Assembly: GCA_040217695.1 (NCBI GenBank)
Contig: JBEHWO010000002.1
Coordinates: forward strand, 8,538 to 72,537
Direction of reading: 5' to 3'
Length of the DNA stretch: 64,000 nucleotides
Origin: Vulcanimicrobiota bacterium
GTDB taxonomy: Bacteria > Vulcanimicrobiota > SpSt-956 > JAKJGF01
Shown: positions 45,004 through 53,546 of the stretch, in pieces
How the letters are laid out: every line of letters begins with the position of its first letter
How positions within the stretch are numbered: the first letter of the stretch is position 1
Program-made: the position numbers and the translations under genes
The notes under the pieces: model-generated
What the model saw: the letters and a program-made list of their open reading frames with translations, nothing else
Databases searched by the model: none
Told to the model about the DNA's origin: nothing

Positions 45004-45059
45004 TAGCTATTAGCTATCAGTCGGGCTATCAAGCTGTTTAAAGCTGACGGCTGAAGTGC
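45004..45059. repeat. TAGCTAT x2 with a degenerate period-7 tail (AGCTATCAG family)
   Basis: tagctat tagctat cagtcgg gctatca agctgtt.. Confidence 0.55.
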
Positions 45060-45139
45060 TGAATTATTTTTCGACAAATAATTTAAAAGCCCTTTTAAAG
45101 AGTCCAGAGTTTAATGTTTTCTCTAATTTATATTAGAAT

Positions 45140-45167
45140 CGTAACGCGTAACGCGTTACGCGTGACG
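45140..45167. repeat. Heptamer array CGTAACG/CGTTACG/CGTGACG x4
   Basis: gaatc gtaacgc gtaacgc gttacgc gtgacgg. Confidence 0.9.
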
Positions 45168-45202
45168 GGACGAACAGTTTTTCATTTAAACACCCATCTA
45201 TC

Positions 45203-46273
45203 TTATTGCAATTCCCATTCGATGGTATAATTTTCCTGCCATATATTCTTCAGATGCAGTTCTATCTTATCAGTAGATATCTTCGGGAAATAAATATAAC
45301 CGTCTGCTTTTTGCCCCTGTGATATAGTACTATCAAAAATGCTGTCACATCTTATCATATCATGTCTGTTTCCGTCTCCGTCTATCATATAGGCATTATC
45401 TTTGAAAGGAGTAATATTCATATCCGAATGACTTGCATTATCAATGATTACCTGGAATACGATGTTTGTAGAGATACCTCTGTTTTTTATCTCCTGTTGC
45501 ATAAGTTTTGTTTTCATATCATTATTAATATCTGTTCTCTGAGAAAGACGGTAAGTAGAATAAACTCTGAACAGTTCCTGATCCCACATTATAACTGTAA
45601 TTTTTGATACGGGAGGGGTAACAGGTTTACCGTAATCCGGCTGGCCGTAATTATAATTATTATAATCACTGTAATCGAGCCTGTCTGAAGACATTCTCGT
45701 AGCTGTAGTAGCCATATATAAAGGGTCGCCGTACATTATGGCCAGGCCGAGATTGGCAAGATTATACTGCCAGTCATCATCTTCTGAAGTATTGTTTTCT
45801 TTTTTACTTCCTGTTTCTATCTTTATAGCCCTGGTTCTCATGGCAAGCACACTGTAATAATCGTCTACAGGATTACTTGAAGGACTGTATTTTATATTAA
45901 CAGGCTGTGAAGTAATTTCATCGGGAACAGGAGATTTTTCGCCGACTGAAACAGGAGGATTATCAGTGCTGACTGAAGAAAAATCTTTTGTGACAGTATC
46001 TCCAAGGTCAGCTATGGAAGAAGACAGTTTTTCAGTTATCCTTACATTACATGAATTCTCACCGAGAACAGCAATAACTTTTCCTTTTGCAATGGGTTTT
46101 TGCAGTCTTAAAATAAGGAGAGTATCGTCTGTCTGAATATTATCATTGCTTCCAAGACTTACTATAATCTCATCCTGTGATACAACCTTCACAACCATGC
46201 CAACCCTTCCGTAAGCCAGAAAAACAGTTGATAACACCATTACCAGTGTTAGAAAAACAATTTTAAATTTCAT
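45203..46273 (-). CDS. Exported protein of unknown function
   Basis: The ATG at 46273 lies 9 nt after GGAGGTG. Signal peptide MKFKIVFLTLVMVLSTVFLAYG. The C-terminal beta-sandwich-like region is unassigned. Confidence 0.65.
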   Translation of the reverse strand: MKFKIVFLTLVMVLSTVFLAYGRVGMVVKVVSQDEIIVSLGSNDNIQTDDTLLILRLQKPIAKGKVIAVLGENSCNVRITEKLSSSIADLGDTVTKDFSSVSTDNPPVSVGEKSPVPDEITSQPVNIKYSPSSNPVDDYYSVLAMRTRAIKIETGSKKENNTSEDDDWQYNLANLGLAIMYGDPLYMATTATRMSSDRLDYSDYNNYNYGQPDYGKPVTPPVSKITVIMWDQELFRVYSTYRLSQRTDINNDMKTKLMQQEIKNRGISTNIVFQVIIDNASHSDMNITPFKDNAYMIDGDGNRHDMIRCDSIFDSTISQGQKADGYIYFPKISTDKIELHLKNIWQENYTIEWELQ

Positions 46274-46311
46274 TTGAATAAACACCTCCGGACATGAGTG
46301 ATTATAATATA

Positions 46312-46408
46312 TTACTGAGGTGAGCATAAATAATAAATATATGCTCTCGTAAAGCGTAATGCGTGACGGGAGGAAAACTTTTATTACATGGTTATGCTCA
46401 GGTCAGTA
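46312..46408. mobile_element. MITE-like repeat element, copy 2
   Basis: ttactgaggtgagcataaat..ctcgtaaagcgtaatgcgtgacgggagg..ttattacatggttatgctcaggtcagta. Confidence 0.7.
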
Positions 46409-46451
46409 TCATAATTATTATATCATACATGAGAAAAAAGGCAATTGGTTT

Positions 46452-46472
46452 CGTGACGCGTCACGCGTGACG
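46452..46472. repeat. Palindromic heptamer array CGTGACG-CGTCACG-CGTGACG
   Basis: cgtgacgcgtcacgcgtgacg followed by ggag. Confidence 0.85.
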
Positions 46473-46618
46473 GGAGAGCTTATTTTTTGTATAATGATAG
46501 TTATAAAAAAATCACATATATTTACATTTTATTCTAAATAAAATATAATGTAATCTATAGCTGGTTTCATTAAATACTCAACCCGGTAATTAATCTTTTA
46601 TTTAAGTTAAAACCTTCG

Positions 46619-46646
46619 CGTCACGCGTTACGCGTCACGCGTCACG
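46619..46646. repeat. Heptamer array CGTCACG x4, 10 nt upstream of the 46657 start
   Basis: cgtcacg cgttacg cgtcacg cgtcacg attc. Confidence 0.9.
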
Positions 46647-46656
46647 ATTCATCGAG

Positions 46657-47169
46657 GTGATTTATATCAGAACCTTTATAGTTATATTACTCATAATCTT
46701 TACCATATTTGTTGTAGTTATGAATCTTCTGAGTAATTATTACCAGCCGGCAGATACAAGTACCTCTCTCAGTACAGGTCAGCTGGAATTCACCCTGGAA
46801 ACAGGTAAAAAAGTATTTCAACAGGGCGAAGATATAGATATAAAACTTTCTGTAAAAAATATAACAGATAAACCTGTTACACTGGAGTTCGAAACAACAC
46901 AGTCCTGTGTATTTATAATAAGACAGCAGGTAAATTTCGTATTTTTCAGCTACGGTATGGATGTATGGAAATCATCGTACGGGAAGAGATATGAAGAAAA
47001 AGAAAATCAAATAGTCCTGAAACAGGGGCAGAAAAAAACATTTCAAACAGCATGGAAACAGGTAAACGCAAAAGGTGAACCGGTAAACCCCGGGAAATAC
47101 GTTATAAGCGCTGCCTTACTTACAAAAAACAAACAGCCTCTTTTACAGCTCAGGATGAATACAAAATAA
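46657..47169 (+). CDS. Membrane-anchored BsuPI-like (intracellular proteinase inhibitor fold) protein
   Basis: GTG start and an N-terminal TM segment. LEFTLETGKKVFQQGEDIDIKLSVKNITDKPVTLEFETTQSCVFIIR..VWK..LKQGQKKTF is the BsuPI-type pattern. Confidence 0.55.
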   Translation: MIYIRTFIVILLIIFTIFVVVMNLLSNYYQPADTSTSLSTGQLEFTLETGKKVFQQGEDIDIKLSVKNITDKPVTLEFETTQSCVFIIRQQVNFVFFSYGMDVWKSSYGKRYEEKENQIVLKQGQKKTFQTAWKQVNAKGEPVNPGKYVISAALLTKNKQPLLQLRMNTK

Positions 47170-47170
47170 A

Positions 47171-47205
47171 TAGCTATCAGCAGTCAACTTTCAGCTTTCA
47201 GGCAA
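47171..47205. repeat. Period-7 array of the AGCTATCAG family
   Basis: tagctat cagcagt caacttt cagcttt caggcaa. Confidence 0.6.
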
Positions 47206-47237
47206 TTGAATAACATGTTGAAGAATAATATAAGATT

Positions 47238-47325
47238 TAGTGTGGTGAGCATAAATAATACATATCTGGTCCCGTTACGCGTGACGGTAGGAAGACTTTT
47301 ATGATATGCTTATGGTCATGTCGGC
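47238..47325. mobile_element. MITE-like repeat element, copy 3 (degenerate ends)
   Basis: gtggtgagcataaataatacatatctggtcccgttacgcgtgacggtaggaagacttttatgatatgcttatggtcatgtc. Confidence 0.55.
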
Positions 47326-47371
47326 AGTTTATAGCTGACATTGCTCAATGGTAATAAACAAAGAGGAAGTT

Positions 47372-49342
47372 ATGTCAGTAACCTGTATAAAGTGTAAAAC
47401 AAGTAATAGGGAAAAAGCAAAATTTTGTTCTAAATGCGGAAATCTTATGGTTCAGACACAGAACCCTGAGAAAAAGAACAGTGAAAAAATTCTCGGCAAC
47501 AGATACAGAATAGAAAAATTAATAAAAAGCGGCGGCATGGGAGCCATATACAGAGGGAAACATATAAAACTTGACGAAACCTTTGCCATAAAAGAAATGA
47601 TATTTACCTCTACAGATGAAAAACAAAATCAATATGCTATGAAACGCTTTTATGAAGAGGCAAAACTCCTATCCAGATTAAGACATCCGAACCTTCCCGT
47701 AGTAACGGATTATTTTGATGAAGATAATAAATATTACATAGTAATGGATTTTGTAGAAGGAGAAGATCTGGGAGAAATATTAAAAAAATACGGTTCTCCG
47801 GGCCTTCCGGAAAAACATGTAACGTTCTGGACAGAAGAAATATTAAAAGTCCTGGATTATCTTCATTCACAGAACCCGCCTGTTATATACAGAGATATAA
47901 AACCTTCAAATGTAATGATAAGAAGAAGTGATAAAAAAGTCATGCTTGTAGATTTTGGCATAGCCAGAACTGTTCAGGGTAATGTTTATTCGGGACAGAC
48001 TGCCATAGGAACATTCGGCTATGCACCTCTGGAACAGTACAGAGGCTCTGTGGAACCAAGAAGTGATATATATGCCCTTGGAGCTACAATGCACTGTCTT
48101 CTCACAGGTGTGGAACCTGTATCATGTGACTTCAGGCCTGTAAGAGAAATAGTGCCGTCACTGTCGGAAGAAATAGAGAAAATAATAGCAAAATCTGTCA
48201 TGGAAAAACCGGAAGACAGATATTCTTCTGCAAAAGATATGTTAAAGGCCATGAATTTTTCACAGGAAGGATACAGGCAACATTTACGTAAAAACCTTCC
48301 CCCTCAACCGGTGGAAAGAAAAAAAATAATATGTGATTTAAGGACAAGAACATTTTTAAAAGAGCAAATAAGAGATGAAAAAAATATAAATGCCATAAAA
48401 AATATTATAAACAACTGGGGTAATAAAGAAAGCTGGTTTTCAAGGGATCTCGGAAAAAAAATAGACATCACGCAAATAGTAAGGGAAAATGGTTTTATAA
48501 TTTCTATTGAAGTGCTCTTTCTGGAAAGACTCCTGGAAGAAGGGATGGAGCCATGCAGTGGTGAGACACAGAAAAGTCCGGTTTTTAATGAACCGTCTTA
48601 TAAATCTCTGGAAGATTTCCCTGTAACGGGCCCTCCGGCAAATTTCACGACAAAACTGGATGAACATTATATTTTCCCTGATTCAAAGGAAGTAGTAAGG
48701 TGTCCGAAATGCGGAGGCGACGGTGATATTACCTGTAAAGACTGCAGGGGAAAAGGGATAACAACAAAAACAAAAAAGATAAACAGTAATTCTCCTCCTT
48801 CAACGGAATCTGCAAAATGTAAATATTGCAGGGGCACAGGTGAGTCTACATGTGATCTGTGTAATGGCTATAAAGAAATTATAAAATATCTCTATTTCAG
48901 CACAAAATATTATCCCATGTATTTTTCGGAAATACTCTACAGGGGAAGACTAGATAAAGGTTTGTTCCAGGAAAGTGATAAATTTCTTATATATGAAGAA
49001 GAAATCTTTGACAGACAGAAGGGCAAATCCTTTGATGACATAAAACTTAAGCCCCTTCACAACTCTTTATTTGATGAGTCCTTACATGCCCTTATGGATG
49101 AAATAAGCTCCCATCATAAAGATGAGAAAAAAATGCTTAAAATACCTCTTAAAATGAAACTTTCCATAGAAGAAATGGTAATAAGGGAAGTGCAGTTTAA
49201 AGATAAAAAGAAAAACAATACCCTCTGGTTATACGGAACGGAAACGGAAAAAGACAGATTGACAATAGAAAACCGTCCCCTTCTATGGTCTGCCGAAGAT
49301 GTAATAGACGGCGTGAGAAACATGCTTACAGGACGCAGATAA
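47372..49342 (+). CDS. Ser/Thr protein kinase with an N-terminal zinc ribbon and a C-terminal domain holding DnaJ-type CxxCxGxG fingers
   Basis: CIKCKTSN..CSKCGN. Hanks motifs GGMGAIY..AIK..YRDIKPSN..DFG..GT.GYAPLE. CPKCGGDGDITCKDCRGKG..CKYCRGTGESTCDLCNG at 48701-48878. Confidence 0.85.
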   Translation: MSVTCIKCKTSNREKAKFCSKCGNLMVQTQNPEKKNSEKILGNRYRIEKLIKSGGMGAIYRGKHIKLDETFAIKEMIFTSTDEKQNQYAMKRFYEEAKLLSRLRHPNLPVVTDYFDEDNKYYIVMDFVEGEDLGEILKKYGSPGLPEKHVTFWTEEILKVLDYLHSQNPPVIYRDIKPSNVMIRRSDKKVMLVDFGIARTVQGNVYSGQTAIGTFGYAPLEQYRGSVEPRSDIYALGATMHCLLTGVEPVSCDFRPVREIVPSLSEEIEKIIAKSVMEKPEDRYSSAKDMLKAMNFSQEGYRQHLRKNLPPQPVERKKIICDLRTRTFLKEQIRDEKNINAIKNIINNWGNKESWFSRDLGKKIDITQIVRENGFIISIEVLFLERLLEEGMEPCSGETQKSPVFNEPSYKSLEDFPVTGPPANFTTKLDEHYIFPDSKEVVRCPKCGGDGDITCKDCRGKGITTKTKKINSNSPPSTESAKCKYCRGTGESTCDLCNGYKEIIKYLYFSTKYYPMYFSEILYRGRLDKGLFQESDKFLIYEEEIFDRQKGKSFDDIKLKPLHNSLFDESLHALMDEISSHHKDEKKMLKIPLKMKLSIEEMVIREVQFKDKKKNNTLWLYGTETEKDRLTIENRPLLWSAEDVIDGVRNMLTGRR

Positions 49343-49347
49343 CGAAT

Positions 49348-49370
49348 CGTGACGCGTGACGCGTGACGCG
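49348..49370. repeat. Heptamer array CGTGACG x3.3
   Basis: gaatc gtgacgc gtgacgc gtgacgc gagga, 5 nt after the kinase stop. Confidence 0.9.
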
Positions 49371-49421
49371 AGGATACCAATCGTTCTAATAATGTGCCAG
49401 CGTTATTTTTCTTAACAGCTC

Positions 49422-50123
49422 TTAATTACCTTTATTTTCTGTTTCAGTCATAGAAACGGAAAATCTCTTTTTTACCAGAAAAACAATAATAATTAATAAA
49501 ATTATACATGGCATTACTACAATCCAGACTTTTTTGAAGGATTCAAAATAATATTTAAATGTCTCTCCTCCGTAATATATGGCACAGCAGAAAAATGTAG
49601 ACCATAAAAAGGCACTCAACAGATTTATAAGGCCAAATTTAACAGGAGACATCTGGCCGCTGCTGCATACCAGGGCTATGGCTGTACGAAGACCTATGAG
49701 AAACCTGGAAGGAAGAACAGCCCAACCTCCGTAAGTATCTACCATCTTTTTAATCCATGGATACCAGGCCTGAAGCCTCTTCGATTTTGCTATGACCTTA
49801 TCAGTATTACCTCTAACCAGATGAAAATAAATATTGTCTCCAGTAGCTCCTCCTATGGTGGCCATAAGAATTATACCGGGAAGACTCATATAACCCATAC
49901 CGCAGAAAATACATGATACGAAAAGAACTGTCTCACCTTCAACAATAGTACCGATAAGAACTGCCAGATACCCCAGAAGAGAAAGAAACTGTTTATTTTC
50001 ATTACCACCATTCTGAAACATGGCAAAAACATAATCTTTAAACGATGCTCCGTATAAAGACAGTAAAACTATAACTATAAGAAGCACTATTACAATAATC
50101 ACATTTTTTATATTTTTATTCAT
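49422..50123 (-). CDS. DedA-family membrane protein
   Basis: The ATG at 50123 was chosen. G(T)IVEGETV..the DedA core, and 5-6 TM segments. Confidence 0.7.
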   Translation of the reverse strand: MNKNIKNVIIVIVLLIVIVLLSLYGASFKDYVFAMFQNGGNENKQFLSLLGYLAVLIGTIVEGETVLFVSCIFCGMGYMSLPGIILMATIGGATGDNIYFHLVRGNTDKVIAKSKRLQAWYPWIKKMVDTYGGWAVLPSRFLIGLRTAIALVCSSGQMSPVKFGLINLLSAFLWSTFFCCAIYYGGETFKYYFESFKKVWIVVMPCIILLIIIVFLVKKRFSVSMTETENKGN

Positions 50124-50142
50124 AAAAACAAGCCTTTCCACC

Positions 50143-50170
50143 CGTCACGCGTCACGCGTTACGCGTCACG
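50143..50170. repeat. Heptamer array CGTCACG x4
   Basis: ccc gtcacgc gtcacgc gttacgc gtcacg aattt. Confidence 0.9.
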
Positions 50171-50173
50171 AAT

Positions 50174-50596
50174 TTACCATATCCACTTGAAACCTGCTAT
50201 CATGACAATATATCTTACAATTCTCCCGCTGTAAGTATAAATTATAAAATCTCTCAATCTGATGCCTATTATTCCCGATGCAAGAACAATAGGGTCTCCT
50301 ATACCGGGAATCCAGGACAGAAGCAGTATGGGACTTTTATATTTGTTCACTCTCTCTATGGCTTTTTTTATACCGGGATTATTTTTATCTACAGAAAAAT
50401 ATCTTTTTATTATATAATTATCACACATTACACCCATAAAATAAGTTGCAGTAGAACCGAGACAGTTTCCTGCCGATGCGGAAAGGAAACAGAGAACCGG
50501 ATCCATACCTTTGACTAAAGCAACGATAATAAAACCTTCAGATGCGAAAGGAAGTATGGTGGCAGATAAAAAACACCCCGTAAATAAATAGAACAT
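50174..50596 (-). CDS. YqaA/DedA-related (SNARE-associated domain) membrane protein
   Basis: The ATG at 50596 gives MFYLFTGCFLSATILPFASEG.. The longer ORF would read through heptamer repeats. Confidence 0.65.
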   Translation of the reverse strand: MFYLFTGCFLSATILPFASEGFIIVALVKGMDPVLCFLSASAGNCLGSTATYFMGVMCDNYIIKRYFSVDKNNPGIKKAIERVNKYKSPILLLSWIPGIGDPIVLASGIIGIRLRDFIIYTYSGRIVRYIVMIAGFKWIW

Positions 50597-50600
50597 GCAG

Positions 50601-50672
50601 GTGAGTAGCAGCCGGTGAACAGTGAGTAGAGGATTACCGCTATTCACTATTCACTATTCACTATTCACTATT
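50601..50672. repeat. Two abutting heptamer arrays: GTGAGTA-type (degenerate) and CACTATT x5
   Basis: gtgagta gcagccg gtgaaca gtgagta ga.. then cgctatt cactatt cactatt cactatt cactatt. Confidence 0.85.
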
Positions 50673-52097
50673 TCACCTCCAGAGAAAATCTTCTTTCCAC
50701 ATATTATTCTTCTTCAAAGATTTTATCATCAAACTGTCATGTTTACCGTGGGCCCATGTATCTGCCATATCGGACAGATCTTTATACTGGCCGTATGAGC
50801 CGTAATTTCCTCTGTATCTGAAATATTGAGACGGTCTCGCAAAAAACCTGGCATAGGCATGTTCAAGAAGGAATTTCATCTCTTCATTTGATATACGGGG
50901 ATGATGAAAAGTAAGATTGAGGCCGTCAAATTTTTCCCAGTCAGACTCAAAAATTTCATCCCTTATCTCTTCATAAAATTTCGTTCCCGGAAAGGGAGTC
51001 AGTATTTTATAGGAAGCAAGAGTAGTATCCAGTTCAAGAGAATATCTCGTTGTTTCCACAACACTCTTTACCGTATCTTTCAGATAACCGAATATATAAA
51101 AAGCCTGTGTCTGTATTCCCTTTTTCCAGCAATATTTTATCATATTTCTCTGATGTTCGTCAGGGACGGGCCGCCTTCCGAGTTCTCTCATAGATTCTTC
51201 ATTTATTGACTCAACGCCGAAAGTCATTCTCTTCAATCCGAGCTTCTTAAGCCTCTCAAGGAGAGGTATATCTACTGTATCAAGCCTTGTTTCTATTTCA
51301 AAATATATATCCAGCCCGAGTTTTCCCAGTTCTTTCATAAATTCTTCAATTCTGTCTTTTCTCCCTGTAAAATTTGAATCCCGAAATATTATATAATGAC
51401 TTCCGAAAAGCCTGTAATTTCTTTTTATTTCTTTTATAACCCTGTCTATCGATTGAAATCTGTATGAACCGCCTATACGATGGGGGCAGTAACTGCACAT
51501 TTCAGGACAGCTTCTGCTGCTTACCATCGGTATGACTTTACTGATAGATTTCATTGTCCCCGGTAGAGCATTTTTTGTTTTATTAAATATTTCCCAGTCG
51601 GAAAAAGGAAGACTGTCCATATCAGCAATCTCAGGAGAATCTATCATACCTGAAAAATTTTCGCTGAAAGCAAGTTCCATACATGCTGCTTCCGGCTCTC
51701 CCTTTATAATAAAATCTGCGGCAGAAGAAAAAAGATGAGGGAGATGGGTGGCACAGAGCCCTATAAAACCTGTTTTACCATGCCTGTTTTTTTCTTTAAA
51801 TTTTCTTGCCCAGTACCGTTCATTTTTATAATCTACAAGAGAAGACAATATTATGGCCACATCACCTTCCGGCACGGGGCCGTCTGTAAATATAACTTCA
51901 TGACCTGCCCCTTTAAAGATAGACGCAAGAAGAGACATTTGAATACTGGGAATATTCTGATAGGCTCTCCTTACCCATTCGAGCCACAGGGTTGTTATGG
52001 AGAAAGCTTTAAATCTGGCGCCGAAACCGCCTACAATGGTATCTTTATTGACAAAACCATTTTTTCCTTTTATATCTGCAAGAACTATTTTTGACAT
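50673..52097 (-). CDS. B12-binding-domain (class B) radical SAM enzyme
   Basis: The N-terminal region is Rossmann-like and resembles a cobalamin domain. Radical SAM motif SRSCPEMCSYCPH. 474 aa. Confidence 0.75.
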   Translation of the reverse strand: MSKIVLADIKGKNGFVNKDTIVGGFGARFKAFSITTLWLEWVRRAYQNIPSIQMSLLASIFKGAGHEVIFTDGPVPEGDVAIILSSLVDYKNERYWARKFKEKNRHGKTGFIGLCATHLPHLFSSAADFIIKGEPEAACMELAFSENFSGMIDSPEIADMDSLPFSDWEIFNKTKNALPGTMKSISKVIPMVSSRSCPEMCSYCPHRIGGSYRFQSIDRVIKEIKRNYRLFGSHYIIFRDSNFTGRKDRIEEFMKELGKLGLDIYFEIETRLDTVDIPLLERLKKLGLKRMTFGVESINEESMRELGRRPVPDEHQRNMIKYCWKKGIQTQAFYIFGYLKDTVKSVVETTRYSLELDTTLASYKILTPFPGTKFYEEIRDEIFESDWEKFDGLNLTFHHPRISNEEMKFLLEHAYARFFARPSQYFRYRGNYGSYGQYKDLSDMADTWAHGKHDSLMIKSLKKNNMWKEDFLWR

Positions 52098-52114
52098 TAT
52101 TTACCTCTTTAAAT

Positions 52115-52199
52115 AGTGAGAAGTGAGAAGTGAGAGGTGAGATGAAAGAGTAGAGAATTATGACTTCTCACTTTTCACTTTTCACTTTTCACTTTATTC
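52115..52199. repeat. Inverted pair of heptamer arrays: (AGTGAGA)x4 ... (TTTTCAC/TCTCACT)x4, forming an imperfect long hairpin
   Basis: agtgaga agtgaga agtgaga ggtgaga tgaaaga gtagaga ..attatgac.. ttctcac ttttcac ttttcac ttttcac. Confidence 0.85.
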
Positions 52200-53420
52200 A
52201 TATCTCAAAGCATCGATAGGATTTAACTTGGAAGCCCTCAGAGCAGGATATACACCTGCTATTAAACCAACAAGAGCAGAGAAGAAACAGACAAAAAACA
52301 TATAATAAAGCGGAACTTCAGCAGGAAGATCTATCATATAACTTAGAATTCTGGAAAAAGAGATACCGATGATTATGCCTATAAGAGCACCTATTAATGT
52401 GAGTATAATCGATTCCATAAGAAACTGTATGAGAATATCCTGGGTTTTTGCTCCCACGGCTTTTCTTACTCCAATTTCTCTGGTCCTTTCACCGACAGAC
52501 ACAAGCATAATATTCATTATGCCAATGCCTCCGACGAGTATTGATATGGAAGAAATTCCTCCCAGCATAAGAGTAAGTATTCTGCTTATTACCGAAAGAA
52601 GAGAAAATATTTCTGTCTGAGAACCTACGGTAAAATTATTTTCCTTATCCTTTTTAAGATTATTTCTTTTTCTTAAGAGATCTACAATTTCATTTTTGGC
52701 GGAGTTCATACTGTCAGAATCATTCGGCTGAACAAGTATATTTGTTACATTCCTGGTTTTTCCCATACTCAATTTCTTCTGCATGGACGAAAGAGGAACA
52801 AAAATCGTATCGTCCATATCCTGTATGATAATCATACCTTTTTCCTGAAGTATGCCTATTACTTTAAAATTGGCTGTATCTACCTTTATGATTTTACCTA
52901 TGGGGTCTTCTCTTCCGAAGAGCTTTTTCACAACAGTTCTTCCCAGGAGACAGACACTTCTCTGGGAATTATAGTCCTGAATATCGAAAGGCTTGCCTAT
53001 ATCTACAAACCAGTTTCTTACAACATAATAATCGGGTGTGGTGCCGGAAATACTTGTTCTGTATTCGGATTTTTTATATTTACATGTTACGGAATCGCTT
53101 AATACAGGCACTGCATATCTTACGGAAGGACATTCTTTTTCTATGACTTTTGCATCTTCCATGGACAGATTACTTTTCACAAGGCCTGTAAGCCTTATGG
53201 CCTGACTGTCTCCGCCGCCGGGAAGAACAGTTATAAGATTGGGGCCGAGACCGTTAATTTTACTGCTTATGGCAGCTTCGGCACCGATACCGACAGAAAC
53301 AATACATATAACAGAAGCCACACTTACAGTAACTCCCATCATACTTATAAGGCTTCTCACAAAATTATCTTTAAAATTGTTTTTCGCAATAATCAGATTT
53401 TCAAGTATTTTAAGAAACAT
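52194..53420 (-). CDS. MacB/FtsX-type ABC transporter permease (MacB_PCD plus FtsX domains) with no adjacent ATPase
   Basis: 408 aa: TM1, a large periplasmic domain, then 3 C-terminal TM segments with ..RTREIGVRKAVGA...I..QFL.ES. Confidence 0.8.
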   Translation of the reverse strand: MFLKILENLIIAKNNFKDNFVRSLISMMGVTVSVASVICIVSVGIGAEAAISSKINGLGPNLITVLPGGGDSQAIRLTGLVKSNLSMEDAKVIEKECPSVRYAVPVLSDSVTCKYKKSEYRTSISGTTPDYYVVRNWFVDIGKPFDIQDYNSQRSVCLLGRTVVKKLFGREDPIGKIIKVDTANFKVIGILQEKGMIIIQDMDDTIFVPLSSMQKKLSMGKTRNVTNILVQPNDSDSMNSAKNEIVDLLRKRNNLKKDKENNFTVGSQTEIFSLLSVISRILTLMLGGISSISILVGGIGIMNIMLVSVGERTREIGVRKAVGAKTQDILIQFLMESIILTLIGALIGIIIGISFSRILSYMIDLPAEVPLYYMFFVCFFSALVGLIAGVYPALRASKLNPIDALRYE

Positions 53421-53432
53421 AATTTTAGATGA

Positions 53433-53462
53433 CGTGACGCGTAACGCGTGACGCGTGACGCG
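53433..53462. repeat. Heptamer array CGTGACG/CGTAACG x4, 12 nt upstream of the permease start
   Basis: cgtgacg cgtaacg cgtgacg cgtgacg cgagga. Confidence 0.9.
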
Positions 53463-53491
53463 AGGATTTTATAGATTATACGTGTTTTACG

Positions 53492-53525
53492 CATACAGGG
53501 GTACGGCGCACCGTACCCCTGTATG
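53492..53525 (-). terminator. Perfect 15-bp GC-rich hairpin downstream of the Tes-like gene
   Basis: catacaggggtacgg / cgca / ccgtacccctgtatg. Confidence 0.6.
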
Positions 53526-53546
53526 ATGATTGAATTCTATTCCTGA

